Positions 23,471 through 36,212 of a stretch of 64,000 nt of DNA are shown piece after piece. The stretch spans positions 120,838,001 to 120,902,000 of the forward strand of contig OZ024742.1 of NCBI GenBank assembly GCA_964016885.1, written 5' to 3'. Under the pieces are notes generated by a model that saw only the letters and a program-made list of their open reading frames with translations, ran no database searches and was not told the DNA's origin. This stretch comes from Eledone cirrhosa (Eukaryota). A program made the position numbers and the translations under genes. Position 1 is the first letter of the stretch. Each line of letters starts with the position of its first letter.

Positions 23471-26400
23471 TCATCATCATCATCATCATCATCAACGTTT
23501 AACGTCCGTGTTCCACGCTTGCATGGGTTTGGACGGGGGTAGTCCCACTTGAGGCAAGAGTGATTGTCTTGCTCGCATAGGACTGTCTGGCAGGTTTTCT
23601 ACAGTTGGATGCCCTTCCTAACACCAACCACATTTACAGTGTGGGTCTGTGAGGTTTTTACCGTGTTGCCTACACAGCCACATTACAGCGTGGACTGTGT
23701 GTTTTTTTGTCGTGACACCTACACGATCTCATTTGTTTCGGCCTGGATGGCGCGGCACCAACATAATTTTACATAGAACGGGGTGGTGTGGATGGGGTGG
23801 GGGTGGTGGCGGGACGGGGTGTATTTTGTTAGAGATGCCTACTGGCAAGGCGGGTCTTCTCTGTTACTGAGTACCGCCAAAGGTCTCGGTCCAGTGACAT
23901 TGTCTTGGAGAGGTGTAAGTGTGTGAGGTCGGAGTTTATCAGCTCATCCCAGGTTTTTCTAGGTTTGCCTATTCCGTGGCTTCCGTCTATCTTTATTGCC
24001 CTGCACTTTGTTATACAGCTATCGACTTTCATGCGCATCACGTGTCCATACCAACGCAGCCTTCTCTCGAGTAAACAACATCTGATCCCTCTTATCTCTA
24101 ATTTTTTCCTTAGTTCGTTTATGCTTTGCCGTTCACGTATATTACTGTTACACATCCAGCGGAGCATGCAAGCTTCGTTCCTCTCTAGTCTGCGTATATC
24201 CTCTGCACACAATGCCCAGGTCTCACTACCATGCAACATTGCTGTTCGTATGCAGGCATCGTACAACCTGCCTTTCATTTTTAGGGAGAACCCTTTAGCA
24301 GCTAATAGTGGTATAAGCTCTCTGAACTTTTTCCAACCAGTTCTGACTCTAGCTACAGTACTTTCAGAGCACCCTCCCCCACTGCTGATTTTATCGCCCA
24401 GGTAACGGAAGCTGTCCACTATTTCTATAGAACCCTCTGCGCAATTGAAAGAGCTAGTATTTTGTGGGCACTTGCTGCTACTTATTGCACCAGAACACCG
24501 GCCACATGTAAAATCTATGTTCTTAGTTAGCTTACCTGTGATCCCACTACATCTTTTATGCACCCATACTTTGCATTTAGGACATAAAATGGAGTTTCTA
24601 CCTACGCCTTTCCTACACACCGAGCACAACCATTTCCCAGAAGGGACCGCCGCCTTGTTTTCTTTCCTACAAACTAGAACTTTGGTCTTAGCCAGGTTAA
24701 TTTTAAGTCCTTTTGACTCTAGGCCGTGCTTCCATGTTTGGAATTTCTTCTCTAGCTCGGCCATTGATTCCGCTATGAGTGTCAGGTCATCTGCGTATAG
24801 GAGTTCCCATGGGCAGCCTGTCTTGAACTCCTCTGTTATAGCCTGAAGGGCAATAATAAATAGTAGGGGGCTGAGAACAGAGCCCTGATGGACGCCAACT
24901 TTTACGCTAAACTCTTCACTATATTCGTTGTTAATTCTAACCTTGCTGACTGTTTCTTTATACATGGCTTGTATAGCCCTCACAAGCCATTCGTCAACGC
25001 CTAGTTTTCTAAGAGCCCACCAGATAATGGAGCGGGGGACTCTGTCGAAGGCTTTCTCCAGGTCGACAAAAGCTAAGTAGAGGGGTTTACCTTTAGCTAG
25101 GTACTTCTCCTGTAGTTGTCGTACTATGAAAAGAGCGTCTGTGGTGCTTTTGCCTGACACAAACCCGAACTGCATTTCATCTAGGTCAATTCTCTCTCTG
25201 ATTAGTTGCGCTATTACTTTTTCCGTGACCTTCATGACCTGGTTGATTAATTTAATGCCTCTATAGTTACTCCTATCTAGGGCGTCTCCTTTACCCTTAT
25301 AACAGTTAACGATGATGCTGCTATGCCAATCCTTCGGAACAACCCCATTCTGTACGACTTGGTTAACTATGCGGGTGACCATGGTGTGTCCCACCGTGCC
25401 AGATGCCTTCAGCATCTCAGCAACTACTTCCGAAGGCCCAGCCGCCTTACCCGTCTTCATATCCTTGATTGCCTTACTTATTATACTCCCCTCGACTAAC
25501 ACTGCTGGTCCCTCTATCGGGTCGATATGGGGGCGACTGTCTTTCTCCCATTTATTCTCCTCATTTAGTAGCCTTTCATAGTGACACTTCCAAGCTACCT
25601 TCTTATCAGTGTCGGTGATGGCAAGTATGCCATCATCGTTAAGTACACACTTCTCCCCGACAATATCACGGTTTTCCTTGACGCATTGCCTAGCAATCCT
25701 GAACACCTCACGTTTTTGGTCATCGCGTTGTAGAACATGCTTGAACTTTCTTTCCTCAGCTTCCCTTCTTGCTAAGTACACTTCTCTCCTAGCTTCCCTC
25801 CTGGCCACTTGATAGTCTACTCTACTTCCCCCATCCCGCCATACTTTCCAAGCCTGCTTTTTGGCCTTAATTGACCCCTCCACCCTACTGTTCCACCACC
25901 ATGTTACTCTCCTCCTGCCTACAGGCCTGCTCCAGCCACAGACTTCGTCTGTCGCCAACAGCAGGTTTGCTTTCAGAAATTCCCACTGTCCCTCTATATT
26001 GTCCGATTCTAGATGCTCTTCCTTACTGTCGAAAGCATCAAGTAATATGCTTTGAAATTTATTTCTGGCTGTGGGGTCCTTTAGTTTCCATATTTTCCTC
26101 CTGAGGATAGTCCTCTTCTGCTGTCGAGTACGTCTCGTCCTGACTATGAGGTCGCTAATTATCAGTCTATGTTGGGAGGTGCATTCTTCATGGGGGAGGG
26201 ATTTAGTGTTTACAACAGACACTCTGTCACGTCTTCTGGTAAGGATATAATCTACCTGGCTTGTGTGTTCCCCGGATCTATAGGTGATCAGGTGATTGTC
26301 ACATTTTTTGAAGTTAGTGTTACAGATAGTTAGGTTATTTGCATCACAGAATTCCAGGATTCTGGAGCCTTCCTCATTTCTAGTACCAAACCCATAGCCT

Positions 26401-27056
26401 CCATGGATTTCGTTGTAGCCGTCACAATGTTGTCCAACGTGACCATTTAGGTCGCCTGCAATAATTATATAGTCACTGTCAGATATTTGGGAGGTAGTTA
26501 GCAACAGTGTCTCATAGAATCTGTCTTCTATAGTGCCGGGCAGTCCGGATTGGGGTGTGTACGCAGATATTACTGTCACCGTAGTTCTATTGAGGACAAG
26601 TCGTATTTTAATTATTCTGTCGTTCACTCTATTTACGTCTATTATCTTATCTGCCCACTTTTCTGCTACCATGATTCCTACTCCACCCAGCCCATCGTCG
26701 TTTCCCACCCAGAAAAGCTTATAACATCGTTTTTTACCCTCAATGAATCTAGCAGACCCACCCCTCCACCTGGTCTCTTGAATACAACAAACATCGACCT
26801 CCTTACGTTCAAGCATTTCTACAACCTCGTTAGCGCGACCCTTTAGGGTGCCTACATTTATGGTACCAACTCTGAAGTTTTGGGTTGCGTTTGGAGGGCG
26901 AGGGTGGTGGGGGGCGGGGGGAGATAGGGTTATGTTAGCCATCCGCGGACGAAACAAAGAGGAGTGCTCGCATTCTCGTCCACGAGGTGAATTTGACTTT
27001 AACTTTGGCATTTTCGCTCTGAGCGTCCAGATTTTTCTCTCCCTTCCACTCTCCAT
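23471..27056 (-). mobile_element. Apparently full-coding-length RTE-clade LINE with (ATG)n tail; exact 5' end not determined
   Basis: Intact ORF, 3' UTR with the ggttggtgttaggaagggcatcc motif, ggacgttaaacg terminus and (CAT)n at 23471-23493. Confidence 0.93.
23829..27056 (-). CDS. RTE LINE ORF (1075 aa): APE endonuclease, reverse transcriptase and inserted PHD-like finger
   Basis: GTINVGTL, IQETRW, AGDLNGHVG, VDYIL, SQHRL (APE); YRGIKL, QFGF, FVDLEKAFDRV, GVHQGSVLSPLLF, YADD, FRYLG (RT); RRLRWYGHV; C4HC3 at 24495-24626; no stops. Confidence 0.95.
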   Translation of the reverse strand: MESGRERKIWTLRAKMPKLKSNSPRGRECEHSSLFRPRMANITLSPPAPHHPRPPNATQNFRVGTINVGTLKGRANEVVEMLERKEVDVCCIQETRWRGGSARFIEGKKRCYKLFWVGNDDGLGGVGIMVAEKWADKIIDVNRVNDRIIKIRLVLNRTTVTVISAYTPQSGLPGTIEDRFYETLLLTTSQISDSDYIIIAGDLNGHVGQHCDGYNEIHGGYGFGTRNEEGSRILEFCDANNLTICNTNFKKCDNHLITYRSGEHTSQVDYILTRRRDRVSVVNTKSLPHEECTSQHRLIISDLIVRTRRTRQQKRTILRRKIWKLKDPTARNKFQSILLDAFDSKEEHLESDNIEGQWEFLKANLLLATDEVCGWSRPVGRRRVTWWWNSRVEGSIKAKKQAWKVWRDGGSRVDYQVARREARREVYLARREAEERKFKHVLQRDDQKREVFRIARQCVKENRDIVGEKCVLNDDGILAITDTDKKVAWKCHYERLLNEENKWEKDSRPHIDPIEGPAVLVEGSIISKAIKDMKTGKAAGPSEVVAEMLKASGTVGHTMVTRIVNQVVQNGVVPKDWHSSIIVNCYKGKGDALDRSNYRGIKLINQVMKVTEKVIAQLIRERIDLDEMQFGFVSGKSTTDALFIVRQLQEKYLAKGKPLYLAFVDLEKAFDRVPRSIIWWALRKLGVDEWLVRAIQAMYKETVSKVRINNEYSEEFSVKVGVHQGSVLSPLLFIIALQAITEEFKTGCPWELLYADDLTLIAESMAELEKKFQTWKHGLESKGLKINLAKTKVLVCRKENKAAVPSGKWLCSVCRKGVGRNSILCPKCKVWVHKRCSGITGKLTKNIDFTCGRCSGAISSSKCPQNTSSFNCAEGSIEIVDSFRYLGDKISSGGGCSESTVARVRTGWKKFRELIPLLAAKGFSLKMKGRLYDACIRTAMLHGSETWALCAEDIRRLERNEACMLRWMCNSNIRERQSINELRKKLEIRGIRCCLLERRLRWYGHVMRMKVDSCITKCRAIKIDGSHGIGKPRKTWDELINSDLTHLHLSKTMSLDRDLWRYSVTEKTRLASRHL

Positions 27057-28950
27057 GAATTCTTAAAAAGTCATAAAAATGTTAGTTTACAATTTTACTT
27101 CATACTTTAATATACATAATTACATTTTCACAGTAATTGCAATTACACATTTCCGTTTATTTAATAAAATGTTCTTCCATACAGTCTTATTAAATTACAT
27201 TTAATTCAAAACAGCCTTCAAATATAAAAAAATGCTTTGCTTCCCACCCTTTGTAAAAACATTCCAGCAGTGACCATCCAATATAATTTTCAGATATATC
27301 TTCAAAAATACAGATCCAATATGCTCTTTTTTTTTTGTAATGTGTTATTTGAAGAAGATTTGACTGCTATTCCTAGCAGGTTGGTGTCCATATAGAGGCT
27401 TTCTCATTGGCTTGAGAGACTCCTTTCTTAGCTCACAAAAATGTAATAATGTTAAGTAATATATAAACAGGAAATAGCTAATATTTCGAGCAGTACATTT
27501 CATCATATGTAAAGAGTAGTAAAATAGTTACATGAGCCTCAGTTATTTCAGTATTCAATTCTCGTTGACTTAATCCATCAGAATCAATGAGTTTGTGTTG
27601 TAGAGACCAGCAGTTGATACAGCCTACCACAGGAAACAGGAAAGATTATTATTTAATTAATTTCAATGTTTGAGTGAACCAAATTCAACTACATTCTTTG
27701 AGTCAAAGATTGAATGGCTTTAGCTCCATTTCTCTACTCAGATACTCTAGATGAGGACCAAATCTTCAAGTAGAGTTTCTACAACTCAATAAATCATAAC
27801 AAAATATATTATTACAGTCGATCGACTTTTGTCAAATTGGACTGAGGAAACAATGTTTCCATGGGTCTTTCCAATTGCTAATACTATCTATTAGTTGCAA
27901 CTCCAGGTAGAAGGAGCAACGTGAAATAAAGTGTCTTGCCCAAGAGCATAACGCATTGCCCGGTCAGGGAATTGAAATCACCTCCCGATTGCGAATCCAA
28001 TTCTCTAACCACTCACCTTCACAAAATATATTTACACCCAAAAATGTTTCTTTCCTTTCTATTATTCATATTGGGTGGGTAACAAATAATCTATCATTTC
28101 AATATTACAAAAATATGTTAAAAATCACTCATCTACAATATTGTAATATTAATCCCTAATTTTAGGTGTCTGATCAGAATTCTTATCCGGAAACCAAACA
28201 TCATATTTTTGATTTAATACTTTTTCAGAATTCATATTTTATAATGTATTCAAATGTTTTTACACTTAGTTAAATGTTTTTAGTTATATGAGCATTTTTT
28301 TTTTTGTTCTTTATCTAAATTGACAATAATAAAACAATAATATATTCTTGTTTCAAAGATCCTACTCAATAAAAATTGCAAATGTCTTTTGCCTTGCCAA
28401 AATTTATTCATTACTACTTGAACAACTCCTTGCTTATTGTTACTGTTTCTTTTTTTTTTTTTTTTTGTGGTCATTTACAATGCAAATTCTATACAAATGA
28501 TAAACCATTATTATTGTTATTCCACCTTGTTTTCATTTTCACATTGTGTTCAACAAGCATTCTTCTTCACATGTTCTTAGTATCAAGTTAGAACAATGTA
28601 ATCAACTTGATGAATAAAGCTCAATGTTCTTTCAATGTACAATCATTTCATTTTGTAAAATTATCTTCTATTATGTTCATAGTGCCCATTCAAGCAAAGT
28701 AAAATGTTTAAGTAGCAAGTTTTTCACTCTTGTGCAACTTTTGTTGGTTCCACTAAATAATTTGTTACATTCTTTAAATTTCCAACCATAAATTTAACTA
28801 AATATTCTGTTTTTCCCTTCATTACAATACTGGAACAAAGGAAATTTGACATCTTCATTAAACCAAGCAAAAGACAAAGATGAAACTTCAAATCTAAAGA
28901 AACCTCATCTTACATATTGTTTGTATATACACACACACACACATATATAA

Positions 28951-31125
28951 ATCATCATCATCATCATCATCATTATCATCGCTGTTTAATGTCCATTTTC
29001 AAAACTAGCATGGGTTAGCTGAGCTGTCTCGTTGTGAGACAAGCCAGGTCAGATGACCGTGTCTTTGTCATACAGATTTTGGTTTGGTTTCTATGACTTG
29101 GTACCCTTTCTGGCATCAACCACATTTACAGTGTATACTGGCTGCTTTTTGTCATGACACCTACATGACAACTCTACAGTGTGGGCTGGCTGCTTTGTGT
29201 CATGCCATGTACATGACTACTTTACAGTGTGGCCTGTGTCCTTTTTGTCATGACACCTACATGACCATTTTACAGTGTGGCCTGGGTGCTTTTTGTCATG
29301 ACACCTACATGACCATTTTACAGTGTGGGTGCTTTTTGTCATGACACCTACATGACCATTTTACAGTGTGGCCTGGGTGCTTTTTGTCATGACACCTACA
29401 TGACCATTTTACAGTGTGGGTGCTTTTTGTCATGACACCTACATGACCATTTTACAGTGTGGGTGCTTTTTGTCATGACACCTACATGACCATTTTACAG
29501 TGTGGACTGGGAGCTTTTTGTTGTGACACCAAAATGATCACTTTACAGTGTGGACTGGAGGATGGGGTGAGGGAGGTACATGGGGATTGGAGAGGTTGAT
29601 CTAGGGGCATGGGTGAGAGGTTTGGTGTTAGGATGTGGATGGAGTGTAGGATGTGGGTGGGATGTTACGATATGGGAGGTGTATGGAAGGGTAATGTAGG
29701 GGAAAGTGGTGCATACTAGATGTATGCCTTATCTCGAGCACATGGGAAGGCAGGCCTTTTCTATTACTGCATAATGCCAGAGATGACAGTCTTGTGTCAT
29801 CACATTTAAGAGGTGCAATTGTGCAAGGTCAGCTTTTATTACTCCATCTCATGTCTTCCTAGGCCAGCCCACTTGATAGCTTCCATTAACTTTGAGCACT
29901 TTGCACATTTTTATACAGCTGTCATCCTTCATACACATCACATGTCCATACCAATGCAATCTCCTCTCCTCTCTTGCACACTGCATCTAATCTCTCTTAT
30001 GCCCAGATTCTCTCACAGTCTATTTATGCTTTGCCGTTCATGTATATTACTATGACACATCCATCGAAGCATACCAGCTTCATTTCTCTTGAATCTTCAC
30101 AGGTCCTCTGCACACAGTGCTCAGGTCTCACTGCCATGGAACATTGCTTTTCGTATACACACATCATACAATCTGCTCTTCATGTTGAGGGAAAACCTTT
30201 TGTAGTTAGCAGTAATAGTAGCTTCCTGAACTTTCTCCCTCCCGTTCTCATTCTAGCTAAAGTACTTTCAGAATCTCCACTGCTAATTTGATCACCCAGG
30301 TAAAAAAAAATATCTACTACTTCTACAGAGCCCTCTGGGCATTTAAAGGAACTAGTATCCTGTGGGCACTTGCTACTTACTACACCTGTGCATTGGTCAC
30401 TTGTAAAACCTACATTATTTTAAAGCTTGCCTGAGATCCCACTACATCTCTTGTGTACCTTTAGCTTGCACTTGGGACACAGGATGGAATTTCTACCTAC
30501 TCATTTTGTGCACACTGAGCAAGGCCATTCCCTGAGAGAATCTGGGCCCTGTTTTCCTTTCTACATACTAGGAATTTAGTCTTTGATAAATTAACTTTAA
30601 GGTTTGGAATTTATTCTCTGATTCTGCCATAGATTCAGCTATGGGGGTTAGATCATCTGTATATAGATGTTCCCATGAGTAGCCGGTCTTAAACTCCTCT
30701 GTTATAGCCTGCATGATGATAATAAATAGAAGAAGGCTAAGGATGGAGCCCTGATGGACACCGACCTGCATGCTAAATTCTTAGCTATAGCCATTGTCTT
30801 CATATCCTTAATTGCTTTACTATACTACTGATGGCTTTTAGAGCCAGTCCCTATATTGGGTTAACTTGGGGCAAACTATATTCTTCCCATGCATTCTCCT
30901 CATCCAGTAATCTTTCATACTGGTGCTTCCGTGTTACCTTCTTTTCAGTGTCAGTGAGGGCAAGTATGCCATTATCATCTTCCCATCAACATCACAATTT
31001 TCCCTGGCACACTGCCATGCAATCCTGAACACCTCATGCCTTCGGTGGTCTTCAGGCTGCAAAGCATGCTTAATTTTTTATTTTCTGCTTCCCTTCATGC
31101 AAAGTATACTTGCCACCTAGCTTCT
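28951..31125 (-). pseudogene. Decayed RTE copy related to the intact element, with internal deletions and an amplified 43-48-bp repeat in its 3' UTR (about 29110-29560)
   Basis: GVHQGSILSLLLF, YTDDL and a PHD-like remnant near 30390-30520; (CAT)n tail. Confidence 0.88.
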
Positions 31126-31129
31126 CTCC

Positions 31130-31640
31130 TAGCATTCTGGTAGACTTTATACCACCTTTCACACTTACTGTGAAAACCAATGTAGGTAGAAAATTCCTAG
31201 CCCTCCTAGATCTCCACTGCCCTGTTGGACATAAATACCGACAGATATTCAATCACCATACAGTGAAAACAGGCAACTCATGTATCAATAACATTAAAAC
31301 CCACATCACCAGCAAATGCAAAAGCCCTCCACTATATGGATGCTCATGCAGAAGGCCAGAGACATGCCCACTAGACCAACAGTGCAACACTCCAGCAGTG
31401 ATATATCAAGCAGAAGTAACCTCCACCCACCAGAACCACCAAACTGAAGCCTGGACTTATGTTGGAATGTCTGAAAGCTGGTTCAAAAGCTGGTATCTGA
31501 ACCATGAAACACCTTCAGACATCCTGACAAAAAACACATCTTTTTCCATTAAATAGAGTATATTGGAAAAAAATCTACCACTATGATAATGGGACGAAAG
31601 TTTGCTTTCTTTGTAACTCAGAAAAGTAGCATATACTCTC
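31130..31640 (+). pseudogene. Fragment of a second Naiad-type PLE (linker, Cys motif, GIY-YIG)
   Basis: PPFTLTVKTNVGRKFL...QIFNHHTVK, CSCRRPETCPL, VIYQAEV, YVGMSE, FKSWYLNH. Confidence 0.8.
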
Positions 31641-32077
31641 ACAACTGGCTTCAGAGAGACGCTGCTTCAATACATACCTTGACTGCTTCAGTTGTTGTCC
31701 ACACAAAGCAAAATTCATTCTAAGAAAATGGTTTAGACCAGACTAACTAATTTGAATTTGATGGAATATATTTTCTTTGAATTACTAACTAATTTGAATT
31801 TCAAGGAATTTGATTTCTTTGAATTACTAATGTAGAACAAATTCCCAGTTTTGAGGGTTATTTTCATTATAGTTACCTCCCTTTAACCTATATAATAATT
31901 TTGTTTATTCATAGCTAATTTCGAAATTATCTGCGCTTGAAGAGCTCTCATATATTTTTTTCTAAAAAATTTACATTCAACCATGGTAGTAGATTTCTTT
32001 CTTTATATAATAGGCTGAATGAGTTGTGGTATATAACCCAACGAAACTTAAGTACCTGTATATGTCACTGATGTAAC

Positions 32078-32103
<26 letters not shown>

Positions 32104-32108
<5 letters not shown>

Positions 32109-32474
32109 TAATAAAAGGAATTCCAACTTTGTCTGATTTACTCATTTTATTTACAATCCTTTAAAATTATAATGGTATTAGAATGAAATTGTATAAGTGT
32201 TAATTGAACAACTACTTTCATGCTTTTGCAATCTTCAGGTTCATATTCTGTGGTGACAGTCAAGTTTGCAATTTTCAACTGTTGAAAATTGCAAACTTGA
32301 CTGTCACCACACAATATGAACCTGAAGATTGCAAAAGCATGAAAGTAGTTGTTCAATTAACACTTAACATTTAATATTCTACCATACTATTTCATTCTAA
32401 TACCATTATAATTTTAAAGGATTGTAAATAAAATGAGTAAATCAGACAACGTTGGAATTCCTTTTATTAATATA
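32104..32474. repeat. Near-perfect 370-bp palindrome (centre 32280), each arm carrying a degenerate hammerhead
   Basis: The arms are reverse complements apart from a few mismatches and about 18 extra nt in the right arm; UGAAC-CUGAAGA...GAAAGUAGUU-GUUCA at 32317-32355 (+) and 32205-32243 (-). Confidence 0.93.
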
Positions 32475-33012
32475 ATCTTCTATACACAATCATACACACC
32501 CATGTATATTTATCTATCTATACATATATATATACATACACACACTTATACAAAAACATACACATATATGCGTGCACACATACACACACCCATACATAAA
32601 CACACACATACACACTCATTGAAAACATACACCCACATGCCCACAAAAAAAACTACCTAAAAAATTCACAGACACACACACATGCACTTCCATCAATGAT
32701 ATACCAACAACACACAGACAGAAGCAACAATGCACATCCAGGAAATGCACTCCATCTGCACACAAATAACAACACCCATGACACACCTGGACTCACCACT
32801 TCGGTCCCCATTCTCAGATGCCAGACCAGACCACTCTCCTACAACCCCCAGCCTTCTTTTCCAAACTTCGATGCTTCTACCTCTGAACTCCCCATTTCCC
32901 AAAGAAGCTCTTATATCAGAAATGTCGAATCCTCTTCTACATCTTCCCAAGTCTGATATCAAGTCTGATACCTTGTATTTTTGCATCTCTGTGTTTGTCT
33001 TGTCATTTCTTG

Positions 33013-33044
<32 letters not shown>

Positions 33045-33045
<1 letters not shown>

Positions 33046-33600
33046 TATAGGAGGTGGTGGTATAAGTATAGGTGGCGGTGGTGGTGGTGGTAGTGGTCGT
33101 GGTGGCGGTGGTGGTGGTAGTGGTGGTGGTGGCGGTGGTGGTGATGGTAATAGTTGTAGTTGTGGTGATGGTGGTGGTGTTGGTGGTGGTAGTGGTGAGG
33201 TGGGTAGTAGTAGCAGTGATGATGGTGGTGGTGGTGGTGGTGGTGGTGTGGTGGTGGTGGTGGTGGTGTGGTGGTGGTGGTGGTGGTAGTGGTGGTGGTG
33301 GTAGTGGTGGGGTGGGTAGTAGTAGCGGTGGTGGTGGTGGTGGTGGTGGTGGTGGTGTTGGTGGGTAGTAGTAGCGGTGATGATGATGGTGGTGGTGGTG
33401 TTGGTGGTGTGGTGGTGTGGTGGGTAGTAGTAGCGGTGATGGTGGTAGTGGTGGTGTTGGTGGTGGTGATGGTGGTGGTGGTAGAAGTAGTAATGGTGGT
33501 GGTGGTGGTGGTGAGGTGATAGTTGTAGTTGTGGCAGTGGCAGTGGTGGTGGTGGTGACAATGGCTGTATTGACATGTGTGGTGGAACTGGTAACTACAG
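33045..33600. repeat. (GGT)n-rich low-complexity tract
   Basis: Directly visible; source of the poly-V/G/H/P ORFs. Confidence 0.95.
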
Positions 33601-33868
33601 TGATGGTAGCAGTGCTAATGTTGTTGTTTTTCCTTCTAATAAAGTCATCTAAAAATGTTTATCTTTATATATATATATTATAAATTGTTTTCTCCTGAAA
33701 TTAAATTGTACAGAACTATAACTGTGAAATCTGGTTATTGATACAAAATGTCAGCAATTATTGCAATAACAACTGGCTAGGGATTTTCCTTCATTCTTCA
33801 TTCTTTCTTTCTAATTCTTTCTATTGTTCTTTTTCTTATGATATATATATGCATATATATATGTATAT

Positions 33869-33899
<31 letters not shown>

Positions 33900-33995
33900 G
33901 ATATATGTGTATGTATGTATGAGTGAGTGTATGTATATATATAATATATATATATATATAAAATGCATATATATATATATATATAAAGCATTTTG

Positions 33996-34082
<87 letters not shown>

Positions 34083-34234
34083 CATATACATTGTTAGGGG
34101 TAGGTGTGTGTGTGCGTGCGTGTGTGTCCGTGTGTGTGCGTGTTTCTGTATGATGTATGTGTCTTCTGATATTGGAATTATGTTTTATAACTTTACAGTG
34201 AAATTACAAGACAGAGAAAATCTTGAATTAGAAA

Positions 34235-35530
34235 TCATAAATGTAAGTGTGAGTGCACACATATATACCACATAAATGTATGTGTGAGTGGAGACACACA
34301 TATATACCACATAAATGTATTTGTGAGTGGAGACACACGTATATACCACATAAATGTATGTGTGAGTGCACACATATATACCACATAAATGTATGTGTGA
34401 GTGCACACATATATACCACATAAATGTATGTGTGAGTGGAGACACATATATACCACATAAATGTATGTGTGAGTGGAGACACATACATCATGTAAATGTA
34501 TGTGTGTGTGGAGACACACATATATCACAGAATGTATGTGTGAGTGGACACATACATCAGATAAATGTATGTGTGAGTGGTGACATATATATCACAGTAT
34601 GTATGTGTGAATGTACATACACCACATAAATGTATGTATATGTGTATATACACCACATAAATGTATGTATATGTGTACATATATCACAGAAGGTATGTAT
34701 ATGTGTACATATACCACATAAATGTATGTGTATGTGTATATACACCACATGAATGTATGTATATGTGTACATATATCACAGAATGTATGTATATGTGTAC
34801 ATATACCACATAAATGTATGTGTATGTGTATATACACCACATGAATGTATGTATATGTGTACATATATCACAGAATGTATGTATATGTGTACATACACCA
34901 CATAAATGTAAGTGTGAAAGATGGACGTTAAACGATGATGACGATGATGTGTACATACACCACATTAATGTATGTATATGTGTACATACACCACATAAAT
35001 GTATGTATATGTGTACATACACCACATAAATGTATATATATGTGTACATATATCACATAAATGTATGTATATGTATACATATATCACAGAAGGTATGTAT
35101 ATGTGTACATACACCACATAAATGTATATATATGTGTACATATATCACATAAATGTATGTATATGTATACATACACCACATAAATGTACGTATATGTGTA
35201 TATACACCACATAAATGTATATATATGTGTACATAGACCACATAAATGTATGTATATGTGTACATATATCACAGAATGTATGTATATGTGTACATACACC
35301 ACATAAATGTATATATATGTGTACATACACCACATAAATGTATATATATGTATACATACACCACATGAATGTATGTATATGTGTACATATATCACAGAAG
35401 GTATGTATATGTGTACATATATCACAGAATGTATGTATATGTGTACATATATCACAGAATGTATGTGTGTGTGGAGACACATATATCACAGAATGTATGT
35501 GTGTGTGGAGACACATATATCACAGAATCA
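34235..35530. repeat. 31-35-bp minisatellite (atatgtgtacatacaccacataaatgtatgt and variants)
   Basis: Tandem units are visible; interrupted by a 35-bp RTE tail at about 34915-34950. Confidence 0.9.
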
Positions 35531-36212
35531 CAGAGAAGAGGAAAGGAAGACAGTCAGTGAAAAAAAGGAGAGAGAGAGAGAGAGAGAGAGAAAAAAATTG
35601 ATAAGCAGATAGATTGAGAAAAAATGAAAATTTATAAAAATGTGCATGTGTGTGTGTAGTGCGGGTTTGTAGTGTGTAGGTGTATAATATGTGTATGTGT
35701 GTGTACATGAGTATGTGTATATGAGAAAATGAGTCACATAAAAGGCATACAATGATAGTAACCTTTGTAGAAGTATATTCATAGGTGTGTTGCATATGTA
35801 TATGTGTGTGTGGTGGGGTTATGTATGCATAGGTGTGTGTGTTTAAGAGAATGTGTGTATCGTGTTGTATGTCCCTAGGTCTCTACTGATTAAGTACAGT
35901 CATCACTCACAATCATGTATGACTTGGTTGTGTGTACCATACTTTTTCTAAGAGGTTTAGGTTTAGGTTTCCATGCTGTCACAAGTAGACACAGGCACCC
36001 TCTTTACCATCCCTCATTTGATCCAGTATAACATCCAGGATATGACAGCCGGAAACAGAGAGGACCGCACAAGCAGGCCTGGTGTTTCTTTATCGAACTC
36101 CAAAAGGATGAAAGGTAAAGTAGACTTCAGTGGGATTTGAACTCAGAACACAGAAACCCAGAACAATCTACCCCAGACTCTAACAACTCTACCAAATCAA
36201 CCACATGATTAA

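Noticed and set aside
23905-27066. Plus-strand ORFs overlapping the RTE ORF
   Set aside because: Antisense shadows of the LINE coding sequence with no recognisable motifs.
27724-27776. Hammerhead-like actctagatgaggac...tagagt
   Set aside because: Lacks both CUGA and GAAA; too decayed to call.
32959-33683. Poly-His/Pro/Gly/Val ORFs, also at 42045-42665 and 43811-44530
   Set aside because: Trinucleotide microsatellite translations.
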